DNA from: an uncultured delta proteobacterium
GTDB lineage: Bacteria; Desulfobacterota; Desulfuromonadia; Geobacterales; DSM-12255
DNA length: 64,000 nt
Reading direction: 5' to 3'
Assembly: GCA_963787125.1 (NCBI GenBank)
Contig: CAWBBV010000007.1
Location: 256,001 to 320,000 of the forward strand
The translations under genes were made by a program, and so were the position numbers. Below, one piece after another: positions 1-9,285 of this stretch. The notes under the pieces were generated by a model. The model worked only from the letters and a program-made list of their open reading frames with translations. It did not search any database and was not told where the DNA came from. Within the stretch, counting starts at the first letter, position 1. The number at the start of each line of letters is the position of its first letter.

Positions 1-129
1 ACTGTGCCGGCTATGGAAAGCAGGGGAGGCGGCATCGGCAGCAGTAATTTATTCTTGATTTAGCGACTTTACAGGGCTATATCTAACACCAGAGTTTAAA
101 GACCTCCTCATTGATGGAGACAATATCTG

Positions 130-888
130 ATGAATATCAGGGTTCTCGGTTGCGCCGGCACAGTATCGACAGAGTCCAAAACATCGGCATTCCTCATTAA
201 TGATAACATCCTGCTGGACGGTGGCACAATCTGCTCGTCCCTGTCCCTTGAAGAGCTACAAGCGCTTAAACATATTTTCATATCACATCCCCACTTCGAT
301 CACATCAAGGGACTCCCTTCGCTGGCGGAGACGCTTGTTTTCATGGATGAGCCGCTGCCAATCACCATACACGCTTCCGCAATGGCGATAAAGTCGATTC
401 GCGAGCATATAATGAACGGCATAATCTGGCCGGACTTCTCAAAATTGCCGAGTGAGAGCGCCCCGGTGATCAAGTACAATTGCCTGGCCGAGGGGAATCC
501 CGTCAGGGTTGATGGACTTGCCGTCACACCTTTCTTTCTCTATCACAACTATTCGGATTTTGGCTATCTGCTTGACGACGGCAAAAGTTCACTTCTTTAC
601 ACGAGTGATATCGGGCCTGATGCCGAGCTCAGCACAAACGGGCTGGTGCCTGATTCGCTGATAATTGAGGTCTCCTTCCCGAATGAGAACGAGGAACTTG
701 CCCTGCGTACCGGGCATCTTACACCAATATTACTGATGGATATGCTTAAACGTCTCCCAACCTTGCCACGCAACATCTATGTTTCGCATCTCAAAACCTA
801 CTTCAAGGATAAGATAGTACGACAGCTTACGTCACTCGGTCTGTCGAACCTGACTGTGTTGAATGATGGCGATATCCTGGAACTCTGA
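130..888 (+). CDS. MBL-fold metallo-hydrolase, 3',5'-cyclic-nucleotide phosphodiesterase (class II-like)
   Basis: HPHFDH (HxHxDH) motif, LLDGG, IIWPDFSKLP, IEVSFPN and GHLTP motifs typical of class II PDE-like proteins. Confidence 0.75.
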   Translation: MNIRVLGCAGTVSTESKTSAFLINDNILLDGGTICSSLSLEELQALKHIFISHPHFDHIKGLPSLAETLVFMDEPLPITIHASAMAIKSIREHIMNGIIWPDFSKLPSESAPVIKYNCLAEGNPVRVDGLAVTPFFLYHNYSDFGYLLDDGKSSLLYTSDIGPDAELSTNGLVPDSLIIEVSFPNENEELALRTGHLTPILLMDMLKRLPTLPRNIYVSHLKTYFKDKIVRQLTSLGLSNLTVLNDGDILEL

Positions 889-902
889 ACGTACCAAAAA
901 AA

Positions 903-1700
903 TCAGCTCAGCATTATGAATCCTGCCTGTCTCCCCGTCTCACCTGCATCACGGCGATAAGAGAAAAACCAATCGTGCTGACAGCAGACGCACTGGGGGG
1001 TCGTCTCAATATGCTCATCTTGAATCCCGGCGGCCAGCAGCTGCTGCCTGTTTGCAGCGGCAAGATCAAGTTTCCATTTGCCGTTGCCACTCTCCTCTGC
1101 ACAGTAGCCCCACTCGATACCACTCTCTGAAAACGCCTTCATTACCGGCTCGTCTACTTCATAGCAACATCCTTTGATCGCCGGGCCGAGCGCCGCCAGA
1201 ATATGGCTGGAGTTTGAGCCGAAAATCTTTACAAGAGTTTCGACACCTTTGGCGGCGATGTTAGCGGCAGTTCCTTTCCAGCCGGCATGGAGAGCGGCAG
1301 CAACCCCTTTAACCGGGTCAAGAAGAAGGAGCGGCAGGCAGTCTGCCACGCCGACAGCAATCATTATTCCCGGTTGGTTGGTAACAATACCGTCACACTG
1401 CAACCGCTGGAAGTGTGCATAATCTGGGTTTGGCTCATCTATAACGAGAATGTCGGTACCGTGGCATTGGTTGACCATTACCAGTTTTTCAACTCGTGTA
1501 CCGAATGTTCTGGTTAGAAGGCTCCTGTTACCCTGGACATTATGGGGCGAATCAAATGTGTTGGCACCGAGATTAAGTGAGTTGTACGGCGCCCTGGAAA
1601 CCCCTTCGTGGCGGGTGGTGAACCCCTGGACAGAAACCTGACGCTCAGCCATATGAGCAGGTTCAAGGTAGTGGATATTATTTTTACGTATTATCTCCAT
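903..1700 (-). CDS. pgeF: Peptidoglycan editing factor PgeF / YfiH-family purine nucleoside phosphorylase
   Basis: FTTRHEGVS, SLNLG, QCHG, ADCLP, HAGWKG, FFSYRR motifs; lies directly after rluD. Confidence 0.9.
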   Translation of the reverse strand: MEIIRKNNIHYLEPAHMAERQVSVQGFTTRHEGVSRAPYNSLNLGANTFDSPHNVQGNRSLLTRTFGTRVEKLVMVNQCHGTDILVIDEPNPDYAHFQRLQCDGIVTNQPGIMIAVGVADCLPLLLLDPVKGVAAALHAGWKGTAANIAAKGVETLVKIFGSNSSHILAALGPAIKGCCYEVDEPVMKAFSESGIEWGYCAEESGNGKWKLDLAAANRQQLLAAGIQDEHIETTPQCVCCQHDWFFSYRRDAGETGRQAGFIMLS

Positions 1701-1730
1701 AAAATACTCCTAATTTTATTGCTCAAATTC

Positions 1731-2687
1731 TCAACATTCAACAGATTTATCAAGGTAATCCAGAATGCGCTGCATATCTTCCGGAAGTTCAGAGTCAAAC
1801 TCCACATATTCACCTTTAACGGGGTGGATAAATCCGAGGGTCTTTGCATGAAGGGCCTGACGGCCAAGCTCTTTGACGAGAGATTTAAGTTTAGCATCTT
1901 TGATGTTCCCCAAACGGGCGTCGCCACCATAGACAGAATCACCGAGAAGAGGATGTTTTGCTTCAGACAGGTGAACTCTGATCTGGTGTGTCCGTCCGGT
2001 TTCGAGTCTCAATTGGAGCAGGCTGACTCCGGGGTAGCGAGCCAGGACCTTCCAGTGAGTGACTGCATGCCTGCCATGCTTTGAGTTACCGGACATCTTT
2101 TTCCGTTCTACAGGGTGACGACCGATGTCGCCTTCTATGCGGCCCTTGTCGGTTTTCGGTGAGCCGAAAACTAGGGCAAGGTAGACCCGTTTTACTGTAT
2201 GCTGGCTGAATTGGGCCGCAAGCCCCTGATGGGCTGCATCATTTTTGGCAACGACCAGAATTCCAGTGGTGTCTTTGTCTATCCTGTGCACTATGCCGGG
2301 TCTTACCTCGCCGCCGATGCCGGAGAGGTCGGTACAGTGGGCGAGCAGGCCGTTGACAAGCGTACCGCTGGGTGCGCCTGCTCCGGGGTGAACGGTAAGC
2401 CCTGCCGGTTTATTGACAACAATAACATCAGCATCCTCAAAGAGAATGTCGAGCTGCATTACTTCAGGCAGCGCTGTTGAGGGTGCGGGTGGAGGGACAC
2501 AGATCGTGATCACTTCCCCCTCAGAGATTTTGTGGGACGATTTCACGGCTATCCCGTTAACCAGGATCTGCCCTTGCTCTACCAACCGCTGAACGGCCGA
2601 GCGAGTGAGTTCCTCAAGTGAAGCTGCAATGAATGCATCGAGTCTCTCTCCGCACTGTTCTGCCGTTACTATAATTGATTCGTCCAT
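1731..2687 (-). CDS. rluD: RluA-family 23S rRNA pseudouridine synthase with S4 domain
   Basis: N-terminal S4 domain (RLD...SR), NKPAG, GIVHRIDKDTTG, GRTHQIRVH. Confidence 0.92.
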   Translation of the reverse strand: MDESIIVTAEQCGERLDAFIAASLEELTRSAVQRLVEQGQILVNGIAVKSSHKISEGEVITICVPPPAPSTALPEVMQLDILFEDADVIVVNKPAGLTVHPGAGAPSGTLVNGLLAHCTDLSGIGGEVRPGIVHRIDKDTTGILVVAKNDAAHQGLAAQFSQHTVKRVYLALVFGSPKTDKGRIEGDIGRHPVERKKMSGNSKHGRHAVTHWKVLARYPGVSLLQLRLETGRTHQIRVHLSEAKHPLLGDSVYGGDARLGNIKDAKLKSLVKELGRQALHAKTLGFIHPVKGEYVEFDSELPEDMQRILDYLDKSVEC

Positions 2688-2697
2688 TTACCCCGCC

Positions 2698-2742
2698 AAA
2701 AAAGTAAAGGCGCGATTGGTCAAAAACCGCGCCCCGCTTTAC
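2698..2742 (-). terminator. Putative intrinsic terminator just upstream of rluD
   Basis: Minus strand gtaaagcggggcgcg...cgcgcctttac followed by T6. Confidence 0.45.
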
Positions 2743-2842
2743 CGTTAGCTGCTATTTAAGTAAGTAGAAAGTTACTTTCTGCACGTTTCAGGGAGAAAAT
2801 AACTTCATCAACACACTTATCCTGTCTGTCAAAGGTCCGGGA

Positions 2843-3106
2843 TCACCAGATTCTGGACTCGATCTTGCCGGCCCGCTTTACCAGCACATCAACTATGGCC
2901 AGGTCAAAGAAGTTTGTTCCGGAGAGCTCTGGTGAGACACGAGAGTTATAATGCTGTCTCCCTTCTTCCAGCTCGTCAGTAAGAATGTCAAACAGAGTGT
3001 CGTTCTTTATGCCGTCTTCAACTTTTTCACGATTGTAAATCGCAACATCAGAAAGGATTGCCCGTGCCAATCTTCTGGCCTGGTCAGGATTTTCGATAAA
3101 ATTCAT
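2843..3106 (-). CDS. Conserved small hypothetical protein (ARRLARAILSDVAIYN type)
   Basis: ATG at 3106 preceded by GGGGGAAG; 87-aa protein-like ORF between degP-like gene and rluD. Confidence 0.7.
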   Translation of the reverse strand: MNFIENPDQARRLARAILSDVAIYNREKVEDGIKNDTLFDILTDELEEGRQHYNSRVSPELSGTNFFDLAIVDVLVKRAGKIESRIW

Positions 3107-3173
3107 GAAGCTTCCCCCGTTGCGCTGCAAGCTTGCAAATAATTACTGATTATACTGAAAATTTCATCTCTTG

Positions 3174-4601
3174 CTACCTTAATTTTAAGGCAAAGTAGAT
3201 ACTTGCATTTCCGCGCCGTACAAGCAGAGCCACACTGCCCCGTTTTTCCGCAGACTTCATGGCTGTTTCATACTCCGCAAGAGTGGCAGTTCTGTTTTGA
3301 TTTACCGAAATAATTATGTCACCGCGTTGGATGCCACTTTCAGCGGCGCTGCTCTCCGGCTCGACTGCAGTGACTATTACCCCGGCAATCCCTCCTCTAG
3401 CCTTGCTGCGCGGAAGTTCATCGACATCAAGTCCTAACCAGGCTGCCACTGCCTTTGTCGGCCTGGGTTTCTTTGCCTCGGCGCTCTCGCCGCTGGCAAG
3501 TTGCAGACTGATCTTCAGCTGCTTGCCGTCACGGAAAATTTCGGCAATAATCTCTTTACCGATTGCGGCTTCGGCAACTGCGAGCTGAAGCTGGCGGGCG
3601 TCCTTGATCTCTTTGCCGTCAAAAGTGACCAGAATGTCCCCCTGCTTAAGTCCGGCTTTTTCAGCCGGGCTGCCGGTCATGACGTCAGAAATCAGGGCAC
3701 CCTTGACTCTTTGCAGCCCAAATGAGGCGGCAATATCTTCTGTAACCGGCTGAATGGCAACTCCGAGCCAGGCTCTTGTCACACTCCCTTTTTTTATCAG
3801 CTGCTCAACGACCTTTTTGGCCATGTTGACAGGTATTGCAAAACCTATCCCCTGTCCGGCAGCGACAATCGCGGTATTTATGCCGATAACTTCACCGTTC
3901 ACATTGAGTAAGGGCCCGCCTGAATTGCCAGGATTAATGGAGGCATCGGTCTGGATAAAGTTCTCAAAGGTCTCGATCCCCATGTTAGAGCGACCGGTTG
4001 CCGAGACAACACCGACAGTGACCGTGCGGTCGAGTCCGAACGGATTGCCGATGGCTATCGCCCACTGCCCGACTAAAAGTTTGTCCGAGTCCCCGAGCAC
4101 TGCCACGGGGAGCGGTTCCTTGGCGTTTATTTTGATAACGGCAATATCAGATTTCGGGTCACTGCCGACGACTTTAGCGTCATAAATTGTTTCATTGGAG
4201 AGTTTCACCTGAATACTCTCGGCATCCCGCACAACATGGTCATTAGTGATGATGTAGCCATCCTTGTTGATGATAAAACCGGAACCAAGGCTCGACTCCT
4301 TCCGGTAACGGGGCTTGGATGGCATCTCTTCAAAAAGATCACCGAAGAATGGGGCAATCTCGATAAACGGTTGTACAACCTTTTTTTTGCTGACTGTAGA
4401 GATGTTGACGACTGACGGGGTGACCACTTTAACAAGATTGGTGAACGCCTGCTGGGTAGCCAGAATGTCCTTCGGCACTTCCTTTACCGGTGAATCAACT
4501 TTGCCGGTTTCGTAAAAGATGTTTTTCTCTTTTTCTTTACCACAGGCAGAAAGAGAGAATAGAAGGGCTGTCAGCAATATAAACAGACGTTTAAGTAGCA
4601 T
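3174..4601 (-). CDS. Do/DegP-family serine endoprotease with two PDZ domains, predicted lipoprotein
   Basis: GSGFII, TNDHVV, IQTDASINPGNSGGPL, two PDZ domains, lipobox LSAC. Confidence 0.92.
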   Translation of the reverse strand: MLLKRLFILLTALLFSLSACGKEKEKNIFYETGKVDSPVKEVPKDILATQQAFTNLVKVVTPSVVNISTVSKKKVVQPFIEIAPFFGDLFEEMPSKPRYRKESSLGSGFIINKDGYIITNDHVVRDAESIQVKLSNETIYDAKVVGSDPKSDIAVIKINAKEPLPVAVLGDSDKLLVGQWAIAIGNPFGLDRTVTVGVVSATGRSNMGIETFENFIQTDASINPGNSGGPLLNVNGEVIGINTAIVAAGQGIGFAIPVNMAKKVVEQLIKKGSVTRAWLGVAIQPVTEDIAASFGLQRVKGALISDVMTGSPAEKAGLKQGDILVTFDGKEIKDARQLQLAVAEAAIGKEIIAEIFRDGKQLKISLQLASGESAEAKKPRPTKAVAAWLGLDVDELPRSKARGGIAGVIVTAVEPESSAAESGIQRGDIIISVNQNRTATLAEYETAMKSAEKRGSVALLVRRGNASIYFALKLR

Positions 4602-4819
4602 GGCTCAGGTACCTCGAATGGTGTATGAAGCTGTTGCAAGGGTAGTCAAATGCAGGTGACTTGTCAACCTGCTCCGGTTTTAGCAATGCCGGTTTTGCAG
4701 TCTGTCTTTCCTGATTGTCCGGTTTAATTGACATTTTGCAGATTTATTCTTGCACAAAATAATATCAAATGAAAGAATGTCAAGGTTTTGAGAAAGCTGG
4801 TTACCTGGAGCGGTAAATT

Positions 4820-5713
4820 ATGGATACACTAGATATCCTGGAAAACGAATCAATCCGGATCATCCGCGAAGCGGTAGCGCAAGCTGAAAAACCGGCAATG
4901 CTCTATTCTATCGGCAAAGACTCTTCTGTGATGCTTCATCTGGCGCTGAAGGCGTTCTACCCGCTGAAACCGCCCTTGCCGCTGGTACATGTGGACACAA
5001 CCTGGAAATTCAAAGAGATGATAACCTTTCGCGACGAGACTGTTGCCCGGCTCGGTCTGGAGTTGATAACCTATACGAATGAAGAGGGGGTCGCGCAAGG
5101 GATCTCGCCATTCACCCATGGCAGCAAAGTCTACACTGATATCATGAAAACCGAGGCGCTGCGTAAAGTGCTGGATATGTTCCGTTTTGACATGATTTTC
5201 GGTGGTGCGCGCCGGGACGAGGAGAAGAGCCGGGCCAAGGAGCGGGTCTTCTCCTTTCGCGATGCGGGGCACAGGTGGGAGCCGCGCGGGCAGCGGCCCG
5301 AACTCTGGTCGATCCCGAATCTGCGCAAAAAGAAGGACGAGAGTTTCCGGGTTTTCCCGCTGTCGAACTGGACTGAACTTGATGTCTGGCGATATATTCA
5401 GCGCGAAAATATTCCGACCGTCCCGCTCTATTTTGCGGCAAAACGCCCGGTGGTAAAGCGTGACGGCCAGTGGCTGCTGCTCGATGACGAACGGCTGAAA
5501 CTTTTGCCGGGAGAAATGGCTGAAATGAGAATGATCCGTTTCCGAACTCTTGGTTGCTATCCGCTCACCGCCGGGGTCGAATCAACTGCTGCTACGGTCG
5601 CCGAAATAGTTGCCGAACTGGAAGCTGCCGACACCTCCGAGCGCTGTGGCCGGCTGATTGATTTTGATCAGGCGGGCAGCATGGAGAAAAAGAAGCAGGA
5701 GGGGTATTTCTGA
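4820..5713 (+). CDS. cysD: Sulfate adenylyltransferase subunit 2
   Basis: [45 protein letters not shown]. Confidence 0.96.
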   Translation: MDTLDILENESIRIIREAVAQAEKPAMLYSIGKDSSVMLHLALKAFYPLKPPLPLVHVDTTWKFKEMITFRDETVARLGLELITYTNEEGVAQGISPFTHGSKVYTDIMKTEALRKVLDMFRFDMIFGGARRDEEKSRAKERVFSFRDAGHRWEPRGQRPELWSIPNLRKKKDESFRVFPLSNWTELDVWRYIQRENIPTVPLYFAAKRPVVKRDGQWLLLDDERLKLLPGEMAEMRMIRFRTLGCYPLTAGVESTAATVAEIVAELEAADTSERCGRLIDFDQAGSMEKKKQEGYF

Positions 5714-7623
5714 TGAGCGGCGAAGTGCTGAAATTTCTCACTTGCGGCAGTGTCGATGACGGCAAATCAACCTTGATAGGACACCTGCTTTACCTGACGG
5801 GCAATATCCCTGTTGATCAGCTGCAAACTCTTGAGAGTGAAAGCGCCAGAATCGGCACCGCTGGAGGGGCCATGGACTATTCGCTGCTTCTTGACGGCCT
5901 GATGGCTGAGCGGGAGCAGGGGATTACCATAGATGTTGCTTATCGCTATTTCAACGCTTGCGGTCGCAAATTCATTGTTGCTGATACGCCGGGGCATGAA
6001 CAGTACACCCGCAACATGGCGACCGGTGCGTCTCAGTGTGATGCTGCGCTGATATTGGTGGATGTCCAGCAGGGGATCCTCCCCCAGACGCGGCGCCATG
6101 CTCTTATCTGCGGCTTGATGGGGATAACCCGTTTGCTCTTTGTCATCAACAAAATGGATCGTGTTGGCTTTGATGAAGTGGCCTACCGACGGGTGGAGAC
6201 CCAGAAGACAGCACTGCTTGCCGACCTTGAGAGTTTCGGTCTGAACCTTGTCGAATCAGCGGTCATACCGGTTTCCGCCCTGACCGGAGACAATCTGGCA
6301 ACAGTTTCCGCCAACATGGCCTGGTACTCCGGCGCAACGCTTCTTGAATGGCTTGCTGCTGTCGAACCGGGGTCGTGGCGGGATGCTGCAGCGCTCCGCT
6401 TGCCGGTGCAGTATGTCATCAAGGGGCAACGGGGCGGCGAGGGGTGGCAGCATACTGCTGCAGCTGAGCTAAAGAATGCTGTCGGCGGAACTTTTCGTGC
6501 CTATGCCGGCACTGTGACTTCAGGGTCGATTGCCTGCGGCGATGAGCTGATCTCTCTGCCGGCGGGACTGCCGGTAAAAGTCGCTTCAATACTGGCCGGT
6601 GACCGGCAGGTAGAGTCGGCGTCAGCCGGTATGGCTGTTGCGGTGACACTGACGGGGGAACACGATATTGTCAGCGGTGACCTGTTGGTTCCGTTACGAG
6701 AACGGCCTGAGGTTGCCGACCAGTTCAAGGTGCGACTAATCTGGATGGATGAAAGTCCGCTTTTTGCCGGTCGCCAGTACGACCTGCATGGCGCTGCCGG
6801 TGTTGCCAAGGCAGAAATAATGCGGCTGCGCAACCGGATAGAGCCGGAATCACTCCGGCGGCTGGCGACCCACAACCTTGCCAAGAACGATATTGCTGAA
6901 GCCGAAATTCACCTTTCCAGGCCGATCCCCTTCGACCCTTATGCCAAAAATCGCGAAACCGGCGCATTCATCCTTGTCGACCGCCTGACCAATGCCACTG
7001 CCTGCTGCGGCATGATTCTCCATTCACTGCGCAAAGGGGAAAACGTCCACTGGCAGCCGGAAACAGTCAGCCGTCAGACCCGCAGCGGCATCAAGGGGCA
7101 TGCCCCAATGGTTGTCTGGTTTACCGGGCTATCAGGTTCCGGCAAATCAACTGTCGCCAACGCCCTGGAGTCAAGGCTCAATGCCATGGGACGCCATACC
7201 ATGCTCCTGGACGGGGACAATATCCGCCACGGTCTTAACCGCGACCTTGGCTTTACCGAGACTGACCGGATCGAAAACGTCCGCCGCATCGGTGAAGTTG
7301 CCAAGTTGATGACAGATGCCGGCCTGATTGTTATTACAGCATTTATCTCCCCCTTCAGAGCGGAGCGGAATCTGGTTCGGGAGATGCTGCCCGAAGCAGA
7401 ATTCATCGAAATCTTTGTTGATACCCCGCTGGAAATCTGCGAACAGCGAGACCCCAAGGGGCTCTACAAAAAGGCGCGGCTGGGGCAGTTACCCAACTTC
7501 ACCGGCATCAGCTCTCCTTATGAAGCGCCACTCGATCCGGAGCTGGTAGTTGACACCACGACTGTTTCGCTTGAGGAAAGCGTGGAGAGGATACTGCACT
7601 TAATTGAAAGGCAGGGTAGATAG
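5713..7623 (+). CDS. cysNC: Bifunctional sulfate adenylyltransferase subunit 1 / adenylylsulfate kinase (CysN/CysC fusion, NodQ-like)
   Basis: [35 protein letters not shown]-terminal [12 protein letters not shown] and [14 protein letters not shown] kinase domain. Confidence 0.95.
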   Translation: MSGEVLKFLTCGSVDDGKSTLIGHLLYLTGNIPVDQLQTLESESARIGTAGGAMDYSLLLDGLMAEREQGITIDVAYRYFNACGRKFIVADTPGHEQYTRNMATGASQCDAALILVDVQQGILPQTRRHALICGLMGITRLLFVINKMDRVGFDEVAYRRVETQKTALLADLESFGLNLVESAVIPVSALTGDNLATVSANMAWYSGATLLEWLAAVEPGSWRDAAALRLPVQYVIKGQRGGEGWQHTAAAELKNAVGGTFRAYAGTVTSGSIACGDELISLPAGLPVKVASILAGDRQVESASAGMAVAVTLTGEHDIVSGDLLVPLRERPEVADQFKVRLIWMDESPLFAGRQYDLHGAAGVAKAEIMRLRNRIEPESLRRLATHNLAKNDIAEAEIHLSRPIPFDPYAKNRETGAFILVDRLTNATACCGMILHSLRKGENVHWQPETVSRQTRSGIKGHAPMVVWFTGLSGSGKSTVANALESRLNAMGRHTMLLDGDNIRHGLNRDLGFTETDRIENVRRIGEVAKLMTDAGLIVITAFISPFRAERNLVREMLPEAEFIEIFVDTPLEICEQRDPKGLYKKARLGQLPNFTGISSPYEAPLDPELVVDTTTVSLEESVERILHLIERQGR

Positions 7624-7625
7624 CC

Positions 7626-7709
7626 ATGATTGATTGCCCTAAAATTTCCATTGTCACCCCTCCTTCAATCAGGGGGAGTTCCTGGAAAAGACCATTCTTT
7701 TCGGTAGTT
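7626..7709 (+). pseudogene. Degenerate 5' fragment of GT2 glycosyltransferase (copy 1)
   Basis: Reads [28 protein letters not shown] across two 1-nt indels; matches the N-terminus of 9429..10391. Confidence 0.8.
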
Positions 7710-7738
7710 ATTGAATCCGAATTTCGGAGATATACCAT

Positions 7739-8008
7739 ATGGCAATGAACAATGAGCAACTCGAAATAGTTAAAAAAATGGTCATTGAGTATGGCGCAAG
7801 TCGTCTGATCCTTTTTGGTAGCATGCTTGACAATCCGACAGAGGCTAGAGACATCGATCTCGCTTGTGACGGTGTCTCCGGCTGGAAGCTGTTTGAGTTG
7901 GCTGCACGATTGGAAGAAGCGCTACACACGCCACTTGATCTTGTCCCTTTAACACCAGCAAGCAGATTTACCCGATTAATAGAAGAAAGGGGACAACGAT
8001 TACTATGA
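7739..8008 (+). CDS. Minimal nucleotidyltransferase (MNT) antitoxin
   Basis: 89 aa, LILFGS...DIDL motif and later PLDLV; overlaps the downstream HEPN gene by ATGA. Confidence 0.85.
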   Translation: MAMNNEQLEIVKKMVIEYGASRLILFGSMLDNPTEARDIDLACDGVSGWKLFELAARLEEALHTPLDLVPLTPASRFTRLIEERGQRLL

Positions 8009-8466
8009 CTTCAGCTCAACTGCGAGAAGAGATTGACATTGAAATGGACTGTCTCAGCACATTGGCGCAGGAGATTAACTCGCTACAAAAGGATGTAGAA
8101 GGACGTGAAGCTACTGTCCGGGAAAGGACCGCTGCGGCGGCATTTCTTGCCCAGTTCTATGGAGGGATTGAAAACATACTTAAGCGAATCCATCGTTACT
8201 ATGGACTGGACCTCCCGACAGGTGACACCTGGCACCTTGATTTATTTAGAAGGTTTTGTTCGCCTGCCCATGAATTAATGCCCCTGCTTTTTGAGGCGCA
8301 ACTTGCAATGGAGCTTTCACCTTTCAGGAAGTTTCGTCATGTTGTACACCATGGTTATGGATTTCAGGTTGAGTGGGAAAGGATCATTGCAGGGATTGAG
8401 TCTGTTGAGGGCGTTTTTGCCGCTTTCAGGGTCTCAGTGAACCGATTTGTAGACGATTTAAAGTGA
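8005..8466 (+). CDS. HEPN-domain (HepT-like) ribonuclease toxin
   Basis: [15 protein letters not shown], RxxxxH motif (FRHVVHHGY); paired with MNT. Confidence 0.82.
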   Translation: MTSAQLREEIDIEMDCLSTLAQEINSLQKDVEGREATVRERTAAAAFLAQFYGGIENILKRIHRYYGLDLPTGDTWHLDLFRRFCSPAHELMPLLFEAQLAMELSPFRKFRHVVHHGYGFQVEWERIIAGIESVEGVFAAFRVSVNRFVDDLK

Positions 8467-8473
8467 GGTTGTC

Positions 8474-8614
8474 ATGACTACCCTCCCCAAAATATCCATA
8501 GTTACCCCCTCCTTCAACCAGGGGAAGTTTCTCGAAAAGACCATTCTCTCCGTGCTTGAGCAGGGATACCCCAATCTTGAGTACATCGTCATCGACGGCG
8601 GCAGTAATGTCTAA
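8474..8614 (+). pseudogene. Truncated 5' duplicate of GT2 glycosyltransferase (copy 2, 46 codons)
   Basis: [46 protein letters not shown]; near-identical to 9429 gene up to GGS, then diverges. Confidence 0.88.
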
Positions 8615-8619
8615 AGTCA

Positions 8620-8650
8620 TTTTAAGCGCGGAGTTGCAGAGGCATAGAGG
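8620..8650. repeat. Degenerate left arm of GxxExxY-associated palindromic repeat
   Basis: ttttaagcgcggagttgcagaggcatagagg resembles ttttaacgcagagccgcagaggcacagagg at 9063-9092. Confidence 0.65.
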
Positions 8651-9049
8651 GTGAGGCGTATGCATTTGAATGAAATTTCCAAATGTATTGTGGATGCAGC
8701 AATTGAAGTTCATAGGAATCTTGGTGGGCCAGGTCTTCTTGAAAATGTTTATGAAGAGGCATTGGCTTGGGAGTTGCTTCAGCGCGGTTTTATAGTTGAA
8801 AGGCAGCTTCTTGTGCCGATATTTTACAAAGGCAATGAACTGGGATCGCCACTTAAGCTTGATTTGTTGATTGAAAAACGCATTATCGTCGAAGTGAAAG
8901 CAACCTCGAATTATAACCCGATATTTGAAGCTCAGATTCTTACCTACCTCCGCATGATGGATCTCAAGGTTGGATTAGTCATCAATTTTGGTGAGAAATA
9001 TGTTAAAGATGGCATCCGGCGGGTGGTAAGCGGACTTATTGAACCGTAA
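8651..9049 (+). CDS. GxxExxY protein (PD-(D/E)xK nuclease-like)
   Basis: AIEVHRNLGGPGLLENVYEEAL (GxxExxY), LDLLIE..IIVEVKA, AQILTYLR, GLVINFG; start GTG 8651 or ATG 8660. Confidence 0.93.
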   Translation: MRRMHLNEISKCIVDAAIEVHRNLGGPGLLENVYEEALAWELLQRGFIVERQLLVPIFYKGNELGSPLKLDLLIEKRIIVEVKATSNYNPIFEAQILTYLRMMDLKVGLVINFGEKYVKDGIRRVVSGLIEP

Positions 9050-9063
9050 ATTCAAAAACAATT

Positions 9064-9223
9064 TTTAACGCAGAGCCGCAGAGGCACAGAGGAAAACAAA
9101 AATCCCAACAATGGGTTTCTATTTACTATGATTATTTGTTTATATAGTGGTTTTCACCGCGTCTCTGCGTCTTGTGTTAAATACAGGTTTTAAAAAGGTG
9201 TCAAGATGGGCGTAGAAGCTATC
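9064..9223. repeat. Palindromic element copy 1 (left arm 9064-9092, AT-rich spacer, right arm 9155-9181) plus RBS/ATG tail
   Basis: Direct repeat of 9286-9446 (offset 222-223 bp; about 2 substitutions and 1 indel); arms are imperfect inverted repeats built from 8-nt (x)cgcagag units. Confidence 0.9.
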
Positions 9224-9278
9224 TGCCAAAAATTTTTATCGTTACGCCGTCCTACGAAATGGTGGCAGTAATGTCTAA
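9206..9278 (+). pseudogene. Internally deleted 5' fragment of GT2 glycosyltransferase (copy 3)
   Basis: MGVEAI/(L)PKIFIVTPSY then ggtggcagtaatgtctaa (GGSNV*), the same end junction as copy 2. Confidence 0.7.
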
Positions 9279-9285
9279 AGTCATT

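Noticed and set aside
4728..4783. Inverted TTGACATT/AATGTCAA pair between degP-like gene and cysD as operator or divergent promoters
   Set aside because: The halves are 40 bp apart and -10 partners are weak; not supportable.
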